Assembly (NCBI GenBank): GCA_002269645.1
Contig: NIVC01000250.1
Span: 172,650-236,649, forward strand
Direction: 5' to 3'
DNA: 64,000 bases
Origin: Macrostomum lignano
Taxonomy: Eukaryota
A program made the position numbers and the translations under genes. The notes beneath the pieces were generated by a model, which saw nothing but the letters and a program-made list of their open reading frames with translations, was not told the origin of the DNA and did not search any database. Of this stretch, positions 1-12,089 are shown one piece after another (within the stretch, counting starts at the first letter, position 1; every line of letters starts with the position of its first letter).

Positions 1-3000
1 TTTATCTTTATGGTGACAGTCACCTGGTCCGGCTTCAGGCTAACAAATTCGAGTGCAAATTTTTTTGAAGTCTCTCCATGCGACCCAACACTAGAGTGAA
101 GTTCTCGAATCGCATTTAGGTTTTTTTCACATTCATTCAACCTTTCTAACAAATTTTTCGTAGCCGTATCCTCTGATGCGTCACGGGACTGAATATGACA
201 TCCAATAGAGCTGATTGAGCGATTGATACATTTAAATATCTCATGTATTAAAGGCTGCGAACTTGAGAAAAGTGGCTTCATTGCACGTTGTAGCAGAAAC
301 AATGAGTTGATAGTTGAAATGCTTACATCTTGACCAGCAATTTCACAGTCCATTAAGTGCTGGAAGTCAGAACCTGCCTGCTCCCGAATAAATTTTATAA
401 TTCCGTCTCTACAGTTGAAAACGCATTCAATAACGCACCAAGCGTTCTCAGTGACCGAGTTAAATTCATTGGACAAGTCATTGTGCAACTGCAAGAACGT
501 TGACAATGTGATGTCGCTAGGCAGATTTAGGTACTCATGTAATAGTTCCAGCACACGTGAATCTTCACAGAAATTTTGACTTGAACTGTCTGAGCTGTCC
601 GAGATGCTTCGCTTTTCTTTCTCAGGACACACAGATAAAGTTTCATGAAGCCACAAAAGTGCACTAAGTCTACTTTTCCACTCATTCCGCGACAGCACTT
701 TGCAAAAGTTTTCAATGCCTCGACTAGCAAACAAAATTTTCTCTAGCAGTTGAAGCTCATTCGAAAGGTTAAAATTTCCTTCCAAACTTTGTGAAATATC
801 CTCAATATCCTTTAGGCTGACCTCTTCAGCCACAAGACTCTTTGATACAAATTTTGTGTATTGATCAAAAGCTACTGGAAAAACTTCGTGCCAAAATTGT
901 GAGCAAGTTATACCAGAGCTGCTAAGAGAGCTTTGCTCTGTAGCGACTTTCCGAAAGAAATAATTGAAAACAGATGACTGAAGAGCAGTATTCGGGTCTA
1001 AATTGACGCCCAGCATATTTACGTCGATTCCGAATCTCTTAAAGACGGAAGTGTGAAGCATTTCACAGATTTTGATATTTTCGCTATGTCTCATAAATTC
1101 GGTAAAGGCCCTTTCGACCTCCTCCACGTCGGATAAATTGACGCTATATGACGTCTTGACTTCAGTAAAAAAAGCTATAATTTCTTTCATTGCCATCTGT
1201 TGATGCCGCCAAGTATCGATAGCAGACTTCCCTTCTTTGACAACTTCTTGGAAATTTACTCTTCCAATTTGACTATGCAGTAGCAAATTTGCAATAGAAT
1301 CTATTGCCTCGCATGTTTGGCGCTCTTCATTTTCATCGCTCATATAGCCAGTGACGAACGCTTTGAATTCATTGGCTGTGAGATTGAAGCTGGTAAACTT
1401 TTGAAGGTAAGTGGACAAGCTATCAAGGCAATTTACTGCTTCGTTTACAAATTTCGTAGACAAGTCTTCATTCGCAGCTGATTCAACCCACTGCCAAATA
1501 TGGCAATGGTGACGCAGGACCTGAATTTGTTGTTCGACTTCCGAGGCATTCTCTAAAGAAGCGCGCAATAATTCCACCATTATGCTCACAGTATCTCTAA
1601 AACAAAAACGAAAGGTTGTTTTTTAGCATTAAATATTTAAAATAGCTACATTTATTTTACTTTTTACTACTAACACGTGAATTTTTTAATTTCGCACGGC
1701 AGAGCTCAGTTGCTAAATGGATGGAATGTTTCAGCTAGTTTAAAAGACTAAAATTTAGTTATTCCAGGCCTAGGGCTTCAAGCTGGGTGTTACATTCAAA
1801 GACTACCTTAGAGACTCAAAGACTACTCAGAACTTACGAATTGTGTACTCGTAAATTTTTCAAAGGCTGACCCTCAAATTTTATCTTTTTCCAAAACGCA
1901 GCATGCAGACACCTAACTTTTCACCATTTGTTTAATACTTATTCTTTTTAAAGCTAAATTTATACAAAAGACGAAAGCATCACACCAATGTGCTAAAATG
2001 AGCCCCTGCAAAAATAGCTATAGTACAATACTACAATAAAGCAATTATACGAGTAAATAATTCGTCCTTGGTTATTTTTCGATAAGCTCTCGAACGAGCT
2101 GCATCCATTATGGAAATAAAAAATGAACGAGCTACCCCATGTGCGATTTTTTTTAAATTTTCAGCCGCATTAAAACTTACTACTTACCTATTTGGCTGAT
2201 AATTCTTCGACTTAAGGACATCTTTTTGCAGAAAGTATTTTACGATATCGCTGCGTTCACTGCAGCTCTGCCGAAGACACTCGGCACATATGTTGAATGC
2301 GACATTCAAAAGCTCTTGATTGGATGTTGAAAAAGCTGATTCTAAAGCGTTTCCACATAACCGTTGGTCCCGAAGCACCTTTTCATACGCAACTAGACAG
2401 GCGTCTTTGAAATCTTTGTGTTCCGAATCCGAACAATCTAGTAACAGTTCTTCAGTAGCTTCTTGTGGCAATTTATCGCTTTCTTCTTTGCAAACAAGAA
2501 GGTATGTGGACAAAATTTCATGCGATTGGCCCTTCATTTGCCCCGAAGTCTCTTTTAAATGAGTATCGATGGGCAATGTGTTGAATTTTCTCACAAACGC
2601 AGACCGTAAGTGAGATTTTTTCTCAAGAATTTTCTTCACCAGCTGCCACGCAAAAGCGTCTTTTTGTTGAAGACAGGTAATGCTAAGAAGTTCAGCAAAT
2701 GCTGGAGCACTGCAAATTTTATCCTCCGCAGGATAGTTCTCCAGAGACTTTAAGAAAGCGGCTCTAATTGTCTCAATTTTATCAGCATTAGCGTCTTCAG
2801 AATTATCGGCTGGTAATATTATTCTGGCTGATTTAAGAATTTCTGGCACAGTTAGTCCTTTATCGCATTTCAGGCTTTCGAGTGCGCCAGATATTGCCCG
2901 TTCTCTTAGAACTTTCTTGATGAACGACAACACACTAGGATCTAATCCTTGTGTGCTTTCGGCGCTGTTCAAAAACTCTTTTGCTTTTCGACTGCAGCTT

Positions 3001-6000
3001 TCTTTGTCGTTCGACGCAATATACAAAGCCAATGACGCTTCACAGTCGTTCAAATCGAAACCGTTTTTGTGAGCAATGTAGCAAAACTCAATCATCATTT
3101 CGTCATTAGCATGGTTCTTGCTTCTCATAAGACAGTCAGTAACCACTGGAATGAATCTTAAGTCTAATCTTTTTGGACACCTTAGCTTATCAAGAAGCGT
3201 AAGGAACGACGTGTTACATCTACCAGCACTAGATGAAGCCTTTCGATAAATTGCAAAAATCGTGTCAATGCAACCTGCATGGTCCAAGCACTTAAGGAAA
3301 TCGTCGTCAAGTTCCGGAATTAGAGGATCATTAATGAAATTAAGAAACAAATCTGCCACTTTCGGTTCCAACGGTATAACAGCGCCAAGCTGCCGTATGA
3401 TTGACATGATCCGGACAAATAAAATGCCAGCAAGTGCTTTTCCTTCAGCAGAAAACGGATAAAATTGTGTTATTTGTGGGTTTAGAATGAAGAAAGTGAC
3501 ACCGGCGATAAACTCATTAGAAAATCGGTTTTGCGCTGAAAAATCGGCGTTTTTCAGCAATGGCCTCAAAAACCTGCTGATAAAATGAATATAAATCGAT
3601 GGAATAGAATCGACGTTTTCAGTATTTTCAAAACACTCATAGCAGAAACTAAACATTAGAGTTGTTAAGGAACGGGAATCAGGTAGCTTTTTTAAGGTCT
3701 CATAGCGACCGAAGATAGCAAACTGAAGAAAGCAGTGCTCGTTAAGTTTGCGATAGCATTTTTCGCGGATTTTTCGCAATCGCCTTTCTGTGACTACATC
3801 ATTTAGTTTTTCAGTTAAAAGGCCGTGAATGCTTATCTGCTTATATCTTTCAAGAAAGACAAACTTATTTGCCAATTGTCGATACTCTTCACAATCAAAT
3901 AGATTGATCATCTCACCGCACTCACTAATATTAAATTGATATGAAATGTGCTCAGCAGCATCTGATCGAATATATACTTGCCATGCAGGCAAGCAGTAGT
4001 AGTTGGAGCCGTCTACTTTATTCGGGATTTCTTGGTACATTTCGAACTTCTTGTTTTTGAGCACCAGAGAAACAGTGAAACCATGCATTTTCCTTAACAT
4101 ATAACTCATTGCTACTTCTGCCAGTTCCTTACGAAGGCTGGGTTTTCCAACATTACAAAACTGATTATCTAAATAGCTGAATAGATCAGGCAGACAAAGC
4201 CGAAACTCGTATTGAACCTAAAAAGTTATGTGCAATGTGCATGGTGGTGTTATTTGATTTGAAAGTACAAGCCTAAACTGACAAGACTTGGCGTTGATAC
4301 TTACGTATTTGTTTTGGCTTTCTTGTGTCAAGTTCTGATACTCAGATTTACTAGACAAGACTGCTGACAGTAACTGAAATGTTAAAATAGAATATAACTT
4401 TTAAGTATGTAATGCATATGTATGTAGCTATTTAATTTTTTGCACCTAGAGAAAATTGAGATATTATACAGGGTTTCTTTGCAAAGGTTCCAACTGTGAA
4501 ATCAAACAAAGCTGTCAATATGCGCAGTTCTTTCACAGCTAAATGTTCTCATAACGGCTATTTCCTGCTAAAGTTAGCTGGCAATATGAGCTAACAACAA
4601 AATATGCTGCATGTACTTGTAAATGTGTAAGTGAAGTAAAGCTCTCAAAATGACACAATCTCAGTTATTGAAGGGACCATGCAGTTGCCTGCCCAGTAAC
4701 CAGCAACAGAATTAGATTATCTAAAAAGGCCAATGCTAATTAACCACTTCAATTACTCTTGAAGATTCCTGCCAGTCTAGAAAGTTAACTATGCCACTGC
4801 CACTGCTAGGACAAATCGTCCTTCACAAGAAGGGGGCAATGCAAACACAAGCTGATAATTTTTGGATAGAGAAGACTAAATTGATAATAACAACTAAATG
4901 CTATAATATACTCGTAATTATTGATGCCATTTAAAATTTGGAAGGCAATGCCCCTCTCTCCCGACTCCGCCACGCCTGGGCACTGGGATGCTGTTATCAT
5001 AAAAGTATTAGAAATTATTTATGAATAAATACAACTCTGTTGAAATATACTTGCATATGGTCATTAAAATTGCCTTTTGTCATGCAAAATGTAATGCAAT
5101 AATAAAAAGTAATGCAAAATGTTTTAACTATGCATTGTTTAGGCACCCTATACTAAATGCTCCGTTAAAGCTTGCAGCAGCTGGAGGTTCGAGATAGTCT
5201 GGCTATTTCTCTTGATTACAAATACAAGTGTTTTTTTTAAATTATCGGTCTTATTTTTAAAGTTTTCGAAGTTATAGCTAGTTGAGTCAGAGGTTATATT
5301 TAATTTGAGAGAAAGAGAGCAAAATAGAGAATAGGAGACTGTATTGGCTTTGAGCCAAGCTGAGTGTTTGAAGAGAGAGATCTACTGAATGCGCATGCTA
5401 GTGATCTATAAAATGAGGGCAATTTTGTTAGAGAAAAGTGAAAGGTAACAATCAGCCTTGCACGGTAACTTTAGCTGACTGCTGAATAGCCCCTGACCAG
5501 ACTGGGTGAATGATCTACAGCATGTTGCAAGTTAAAGATAGAATATTTAGTATCTTACACTTGGGCACTAATATAGCTACCGGGACAACTAGCCGTGCAA
5601 GGAAATACAAAGGACTTTTAATATTTATAAAAATAATTTATAGAAAAGAAGGCAAACTTGTTTGCTCGTAACATACATTAACTCACAGAAAGCAAAAGTC
5701 AAGGAAAGTTTAGGATTTAGAAATTTAAAGTTAAGTATAGGAATTAGATTTCAGCTTTAGATTGTCAAGCTTTACACTTAGGAAGAAATTTATGGAAGAG
5801 ATTACAAAAAGGCTTAAAGCCAGCGTTAGAAGTAAAAAAATAATGAATTCAAAGGGTACAAAAAATTTAGAAGTTAAAACTTGTTCTCTTAACTTCAACT
5901 CACGGCTGCGGCGCAGGGGAGGGGGGGGGCCGTAGCCCCCGGGTGACCATCCGCGGGGGGGTGACCACCCCTTTAACAAAAAATTCTGTAAGTATGCACA

Positions 6001-8092
6001 AGGCCACGAGAAATTTTGCCAAATGCCAGGGGTTAGGGGGCCATAGTTCGGATTGTGCATTAGTGTACGCCTTGTTTCTGGTGTTGCGGCGCACCGAATG
6101 ACCTTTTTTTGGTCCCTCGTTCTGTCTCCTAGGGGGCAGGGGGGTGACCACCCAACCACGCCCCCCCCAACTGGAGGTGCTGCGCCGCCACGCCACTGTC
6201 AACTCACCTCCGATGATACTGATGCATCCACTTCAGTATTTCCACCGAAAGCAGTCTTTGCAGCAGTTGTATCGGCACAAGTGTCAGTAGCGTCTGACTT
6301 TGCTGCAGTTGTATCGCCACTAGTGTCAGTAGCGTCTGACTTTGCTGCAGTTGTATCGCCACTAGTGTCAGTAGCGTCTGACTTTGCTGCAGTTGTATCG
6401 GCACAAGTGTCAGTAGCGTCTGACTTTGCTGCAGTTGTATCGGCACAAGTGTCAGTAGCGTCTGACTTTGCTGCAGTTGTATCGCCACTAGTGTCAGTAG
6501 CGTCTGACTTTGCTGCAGTTGTATCGCCACTAGTGTCAGTAGCGTCTGACTTTGCTGCAGTTGTATCGGCACAAGTGTCAGTAGCGTCTGACTTTGCTGC
6601 AGTTGTATCGCCACTAGTGTCAGTAGAGTCTGACTTTGCAGCAGTTGTATCGCCACTAGTGTCAGTAGCGTCTGACTTTGCTGCAGTTGTATCGCCACTA
6701 GTGTCAGTAGCGTCTGACTTTGCTGCAGTTGTATCGGCACAAGTGTCAGTAGAGTCTGACTTTGCTGCAGTTGTATCGCCACTAGTGTCAGTAGCGTCTG
6801 ACTTTGCTGCAGTTGTATCGGCACAAGTGTCAGTAGCGTCTGACTTTGCTGCAGTTGTATCGGCGCAAGTGTCTGTAGAGTCTGACTTTGCAGCAGTTGT
6901 ATCGCCACTAGTATCAGTAGCATCTGACTTTGCTGCAGTTGTATCGGCACAAGTGTCAGTAGAGTCTGTCTTTGCTGCAGTTGTATCGGCACAAGTGTCA
7001 GTAGCAGCTGAGCTTTTGGCATAATATTCAGTAGTGCCAGTAGGTGACTTTGTTGCCGTTTTGATAGTCCGTGCACTTGTTGAAGGCAAATGAAATTTTG
7101 AAAATGGTGAGTTATAACTGAAAACATAACTTTACAAGCCATACTCAAAAAGTTCAATTAGCGATAAAAAAACTGAAAAAATGCAAAATAAAAAATCGAT
7201 AAGCAATTAGATAAAACACAACAAAAACACTTACTGCAGCTTCTTAGCATTCTTCAACAGGGACTTGAAATATTCTTCTTCAAACAAAACACAGAAGGCA
7301 ATGTCATTTTGAACTTTAATACTTTTTGTTATCAATTCAATTAAGCCACCAGTTTGTTGACAAACAAAATCCTTAAAATGTTTTAACTGGCCAGAAGAGA
7401 AATCCACGATTGATATTTTTAATTCAATTTCATGGAAGCCTTTGAGACAATCTTCATCATCTGATAAGTCACTGTCAGTGTTGGAACTATCAGAAGCTTG
7501 TTTTTGGGTCACTGTCACCAAGTTGAAGTTGCCATTGCTTTGATTTTGAAGTAACAGCTGCAAATCATCTTTCTTGGCATCAATTTTTTGACACAATCTT
7601 GAAAACTCTTTATCATTTAGTTGATACTTGATTTCTTCCTTCAGCTTGTAGGGAACTGAAAAAATGTATTTGAAATATGATAGATAAATATTGATGTCTT
7701 TTTAAAAAGAAAGCACACTTGCTAAGCAACTTATTCAGTATACTGAATATTTTTGGATGTCTATAGATAATGCTGTAATTTTGTTTTTAAAATAGTCCTA
7801 TTAACACCTTTTGTTGATTTATTGATTTAGTATTTATAATAAGTAAGCAAAATTAAATGTAATAAAGTGCTTAATTATGTAATATCTAGTTAAAAACTTT
7901 AACAATCTAGAAGCTTAAGACTAAGTACTTAAGCATATTTGTTCAGATAGCTTACATTTTTCGAAAATTTGCCTACTTTTGCAACACTACTCATTTATTT
8001 AAACAAATATTTAAAAGGCACAAATTTAATAAAAATTGTTACATAAACTTACCAATACTAACACAAGCTGTCAACCCACTCTCAGAAGCCAT
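1..8092 (-). CDS. RNF213/mysterin-like giant protein, N-terminal part (5' exons; gene runs off the left edge)
   Basis: Hand-spliced exons 8092-8053 (MASESGLTACVSI), 7655-7235, 7117-6208, 4373-4305, 4217-2188 and 1596-<1. All junctions are GT-AG and phase-consistent (1,2,0,0,2). The last exon is open for ~530 codons to the window edge and is not shown in the ORF track. The segment DFQHLMDCE..VSISTINSLFLLQRAMKPLF...LNAIRELHSSVGSHGETSK resembles, from memory, the stalk preceding the AAA+ core of RNF213-like proteins. No AAA or RING motif lies inside the window. Gene structure is high confidence; identity is moderate. Confidence 0.6.
5904..6198. mobile_element. GC-rich non-autonomous TIR element in an RNF213-like intron
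   Basis: 9-bp direct repeat TCAACTCAC at 5895-5903 and 6199-6207; degenerate inverted ends (ggctgcggcgca / tgcgccgccacgccactg); G/C-run-rich interior against AT-rich intron. Confidence 0.55.
6250..7010 (-). repeat. 42-bp coding tandem repeat, ~18 copies (DTTAAKSDATDTSG/CA)
   Basis: Unit gcagttgtatcgccactagtgtcagtagcgtctgactttgct; lies wholly inside exon 7117-6208 and keeps the frame. Confidence 0.95.
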
Positions 8093-8756
8093 CGCTGAAA
8101 AAATGTCCTGGCCTTAGTGACACAAATGAATTGAAGTCATCAATCAATATTGTTTACATTCTGCAACTTTATTGCATGTTAAAACAGCCATTGACAATTT
8201 GCTATAGCAAAAAAAAACAAAATAAGCCCAACTAACAAATTGTTAGGTCTAACCTAACAAATTGTTAGTGGGATGAGGCTGAGGTTGTAGTAGTTATTTA
8301 GTATTCAGCTAGACTTCGACTCAGACTCAGTAGGGTGCTAAGTTAACGTGAGCTTTTGTTGTGGCTTAGCTATAGGTATCTGAATATTTATGTATAAGTT
8401 GTTGCCACCATTACTGACAATTTTTTTTTGTTATCGCAAAATAGTTCACAATTAATTCGTATATCGTCTCCACACGGAAATTGATAAAAACAGTTTCATT
8501 AAAACAAGTTTGAACAAATTTTGAAGTCACTGACTAAAATTTATTGTTAAATATTCAGCACCAAAACGTTATTTATTTTTTAACCTGAATTTTGTGTTTG
8601 AAGACTATACCGTACGAGTATAGTCTTCACTATACTCGTACGGTATAGTCTCTACCTTTAGTAACCTCAAGTAGCCTCTACCTTTCTCTTCCAACTCGGT
8701 ATAGAAAGCTACAAGGTGTACTAAGTTTACAGAACTGTTTTTTAGAATTTTCAAAT

Positions 8757-10450
8757 TGATGGGTTCGGCCTTTTTAAGCCTGTAGCTTCGGGCCTCAGAA
8801 CTTAGAAATGAATCACTTGGAATTCTGGCCTCACTCCTGTCAGATGGTCAGCCTCATGGTAGCTAGATTGTGGGCGAGCAGCAAGGTCCTACAGCTAAGA
8901 GAACAGAAGACAGCGAGAGACAAGCAGGGAGAATTTGAAAGTAGAGATTAGCTAGTCCGCGGATGAGATAACCCGCTGCCACCAGTCCGTGCGCCCCGGC
9001 TCACCAAACCGGAGCTATATCGAAATCGGACTTCCGACTAGAGGGGCACTGCACTTACCTGCCATTCTAGTGTCTTTTAGCTGTCTAAATCTCGAAGTCA
9101 TAGCCGAATAGAAGGGACGCTGCTGGGACTAAGATTGCATTGGCCATGCAGGGACAGAGAGGACTTTTGCAGGGGGTTCTTGCGCTGGCGAGCCTTCATA
9201 CACTACTAAATGTACTATCTCATTACCAAATTCCCAGAAGTACATGTAAGTACACGCAACTGCACGCTTTTGGCACTAAATGTGTTAACACGTCGACAGA
9301 TAGCGATGATGTAGATGTATTGTTACCTTTTGGAGACCTTCAGACTAATATTTAACTCGTTTTAGCCGCTCAGCTGCCTGAGACCGCGCGAGAGCACCAG
9401 TCTGGCACTTAATTTGCATGCCTATCATGATTTCCTAGGTTGACCGATTGACTGGGAACTGTGCCGCTTCCGTTCCACTGTGACCCCTGCCTCTAGATCT
9501 AGCCGCTCATCTCAGCTGGCATTGCGAAAAAGAAAGAAAACGCTAAGTCTTTAACTTCCAGATTTAACTTTCTCACTTAATTCGCAATCCTAAACACCTT
9601 AGATTGAGTTAGAGTGAATGGCTACTTTTAATATTAACTGACACTTCTGCCTCGAGTTTGACACACAAAAGCAAGTGAGCAAAAGTGCAAATCCTATCAG
9701 ACTACTAGGAAGGGGTCAGACAAAGGGCGCACCCAGTTAAGTAGGTCAAGAAAGCCTCTCACCCAACCAATCAGAGGTCCTAACTGCCGGTAGCCAAGGA
9801 ATCCAGAGAGACCGAAGCGCTCAGATGGGATGCTGCTGCTGATCTTAACTGACGAGTGCCGCCGTTACTCTTCACTTGCCGATTGTTGTTGTTGCTCTTT
9901 GTTCACACGGCCGAGAAGTGCTGGTGAAACCTCTCAAGGGGAACTTAGCTGTTGAAGCCGAAACTGCCGGGGAAAGGGGGATCAGACGTCGAAGACGCTG
10001 CAGAAGCCGAAGGGGATCAGTTCGGCAGGTCTGGCCAAGGCCAAGGTAAGAAAAACGGCCGGGCTTCTCGAGCGCGGTTCGAGTTAGTTGCCGCCTTTTA
10101 TAGCTCTCACGTGGCCGATTTGTTATAACGCACGCCGAATTTTCTGATTGGCTGAGAGCTTTTGTTAAAATAGGCGCCGAATTTTCTGATTGGTCGAGCC
10201 GAGGGCAGTCAGGTCGACTCTGATTGGCTGAGCTCAAGACCCCAAAACCCACCCCACCAGGTGGCCTTCAGACCCCAGGGAAGTTGACAGGTGCGGTCAT
10301 AAATATGCGCAAAACATAATAAAAGTCACTTGTCCAGACATCCTGGCGCCAAAAGTGACAGCAAAACGCCCATAAATCAAAGGAGAAAGTAACAGAGCCA
10401 GTGGGAAGAAAGCTGGAAAGACCTCGTTGACCCAGACAGGCTGGAGCCAA
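8757..10450 (-). repeat. Unclassified dispersed repeat, copy A, with CCAAT/TATA promoter architecture
   Basis: Reverse complement aligns by eye with 12090-13565 in two blocks (8757-9185 with 13135-13565; ~9660-10450 with ~12090-12690). Confidence 0.7.
10096..10227 (-). promoter_or_regulatory. CCAAT-CCAAT(-CCAAT)-TATA Pol II promoter-like module pointing left
   Basis: ATTGG on + at 10147, 10189 and 10223; TATAAAA on - at 10096-10102; same layout retained in copy B. Confidence 0.5.
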
Positions 10451-10790
10451 AAGTGACAGCTAGACCGCCATAAATCACTAAAAACAGTGAAAAAGCCGCA
10501 AATCTGGGGGTCAGAATGGGGTTGAAAACATTCCTCCCAGACTTAGTGTCGCCTGTCTAGACTGTTAGAGGTCAATCCGTCTCAAACCCAGACAGTCTGA
10601 TGACCTTCAAAGATGCGTAAGCAATCCAAAATTAGAATCGTAAAAGAAGTACATTGAATATTTAACATAATTAATAGTAATGTCATAAATTAGTATAAAA
10701 CTGCCTAGATGAGAGGATGGAGGGAATTTCTAAGCTAGCCTACTGACAGTAGGGGAAAAGCGCATCGAAGCAAAATGCGCAGTTCTAAGA

Positions 10791-11004
10791 TTGAAAAAAA
10801 GATGCGTCCTCATCAAAATAATGCAACACGCGTGTACATATATGAATGTTAGCATCCTGGATGTACCACATGTTCTAAGTTAAACACCAATGGTTTTCGA
10901 TAATATTGGCAATATGGCGACACTTATGAACTGTGGAATAAGTTAATTTTAATTTCGTGAACTGAATTTAATCAAGGACTTGATGAGGACGCACTTTTTT
11001 CCAA
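10791..11004. mobile_element. Small element with imperfect inverted ends (MITE-like)
   Basis: aaaaaaagatgcgtcctcatcaa near 10794 versus ttgatgaggacgcactttttt near 10980; no clear TSD. Confidence 0.4.
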
Positions 11005-11022
11005 ACCCCGCGCTAGCACATT

Positions 11023-11614
11023 GGGCCGTATGCAGAAAGCTTAGTACAGACTAGCTAGTCCGGACTTGGGTAGTTCAGTCTATGGTCTATGGTCCAGCTA
11101 CCTTAGTTCTGTCTATACATGGATGAATGAATAGAATGGATTGCTATTCTGGCTCTGGCTATTTTCGTTTTTGACTCTTTTGCATCCGGTTCCCCCCCGT
11201 GCCTTTTCATTGGTTGATGATTGCCATAGACAGTTTTCGGCCTTCGCCCCTTTCTTTCGATGCACAGGCGCAAAGAACTGAGAATGTCAGTTACTTGCAG
11301 AGAATATCGAGCGCTCGTAGGTCTTCCCCCTTTATTTCAAAACACGAGCGAAAGCGCTTGTGCATCGAAAGAAAGGGGCGAAGGCCGAAAATTGTCTATG
11401 GCAATCATCAACCAATGAAAAGGCACGGGGGGGAACCGGATGCAAAAGAGTCAAAAACGAAAATAGCCAGAGCCAGAATAGCAATCCATTCTATTCATTC
11501 ATCCATGTGTCTATAGTAGACCGGTCTAACTTTGCGTTTCTGCATACCAAATCCAAGTCCAGACTAGCTTTTCAAGACCGGACTACCCTAGACAGAGCTT
11601 TCTGCATACGGCCC
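11023..11614. mobile_element. PIF/Harbinger-like MITE with a long internal palindrome
   Basis: 18-bp TIR GGGCCGTATGCAGAAAGC at 11023-11040 and 11597-11614; internal 150-bp arms at 11117-11266 and 11359-11508; flanks ATT/ATG (imperfect 3-bp TSD). Confidence 0.75.
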
Positions 11615-12089
11615 ATGGGCTCTAAACTTACTAGCCTACTAACAGTGGGCAATGGACATTTTTATCCTTTTTCTGCGAATTGTCATAGAATCTATACTAG
11701 ATATAATGTTTGGTCATACTAGTAGTCATAATAACATAGGCATAGCTTTTTGGGTCATAAATCATCGCTTTCGAAGTTGGTCTGACAGCGACCTGCGCCT
11801 CACTCAGTGTTGAGGCGGGCGCCAGATGGTCTGAGAGGATGCGGGCGGTAGCTTTTTTCTCATCATTTTGACAGGCCATCAAGATTTATGAGGTCAGAGC
11901 CTATTGTTCGTGTTCACTCAAGCGTGTGACAGCTTTGACAGCTATGCGTTTTACCCCTAAAAGTACTTTGGAATTAGCGATTAGCGATTTCTCTTCATTA
12001 TCTTCACTTTCTATTAAATAAGAGCTTTCTAATGTATATTTTTTCATTAATTTCTGTCAATCCTACGCGAAAAGTCATAAATCATTTCG

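Noticed and set aside
6053-7157. ORFs 6053-7024 (+) and 6204-7157 (-)
   Set aside because: Alternative frames of the 42-bp repeat; only the 6199-7089 frame is bounded by phase-compatible splice sites.
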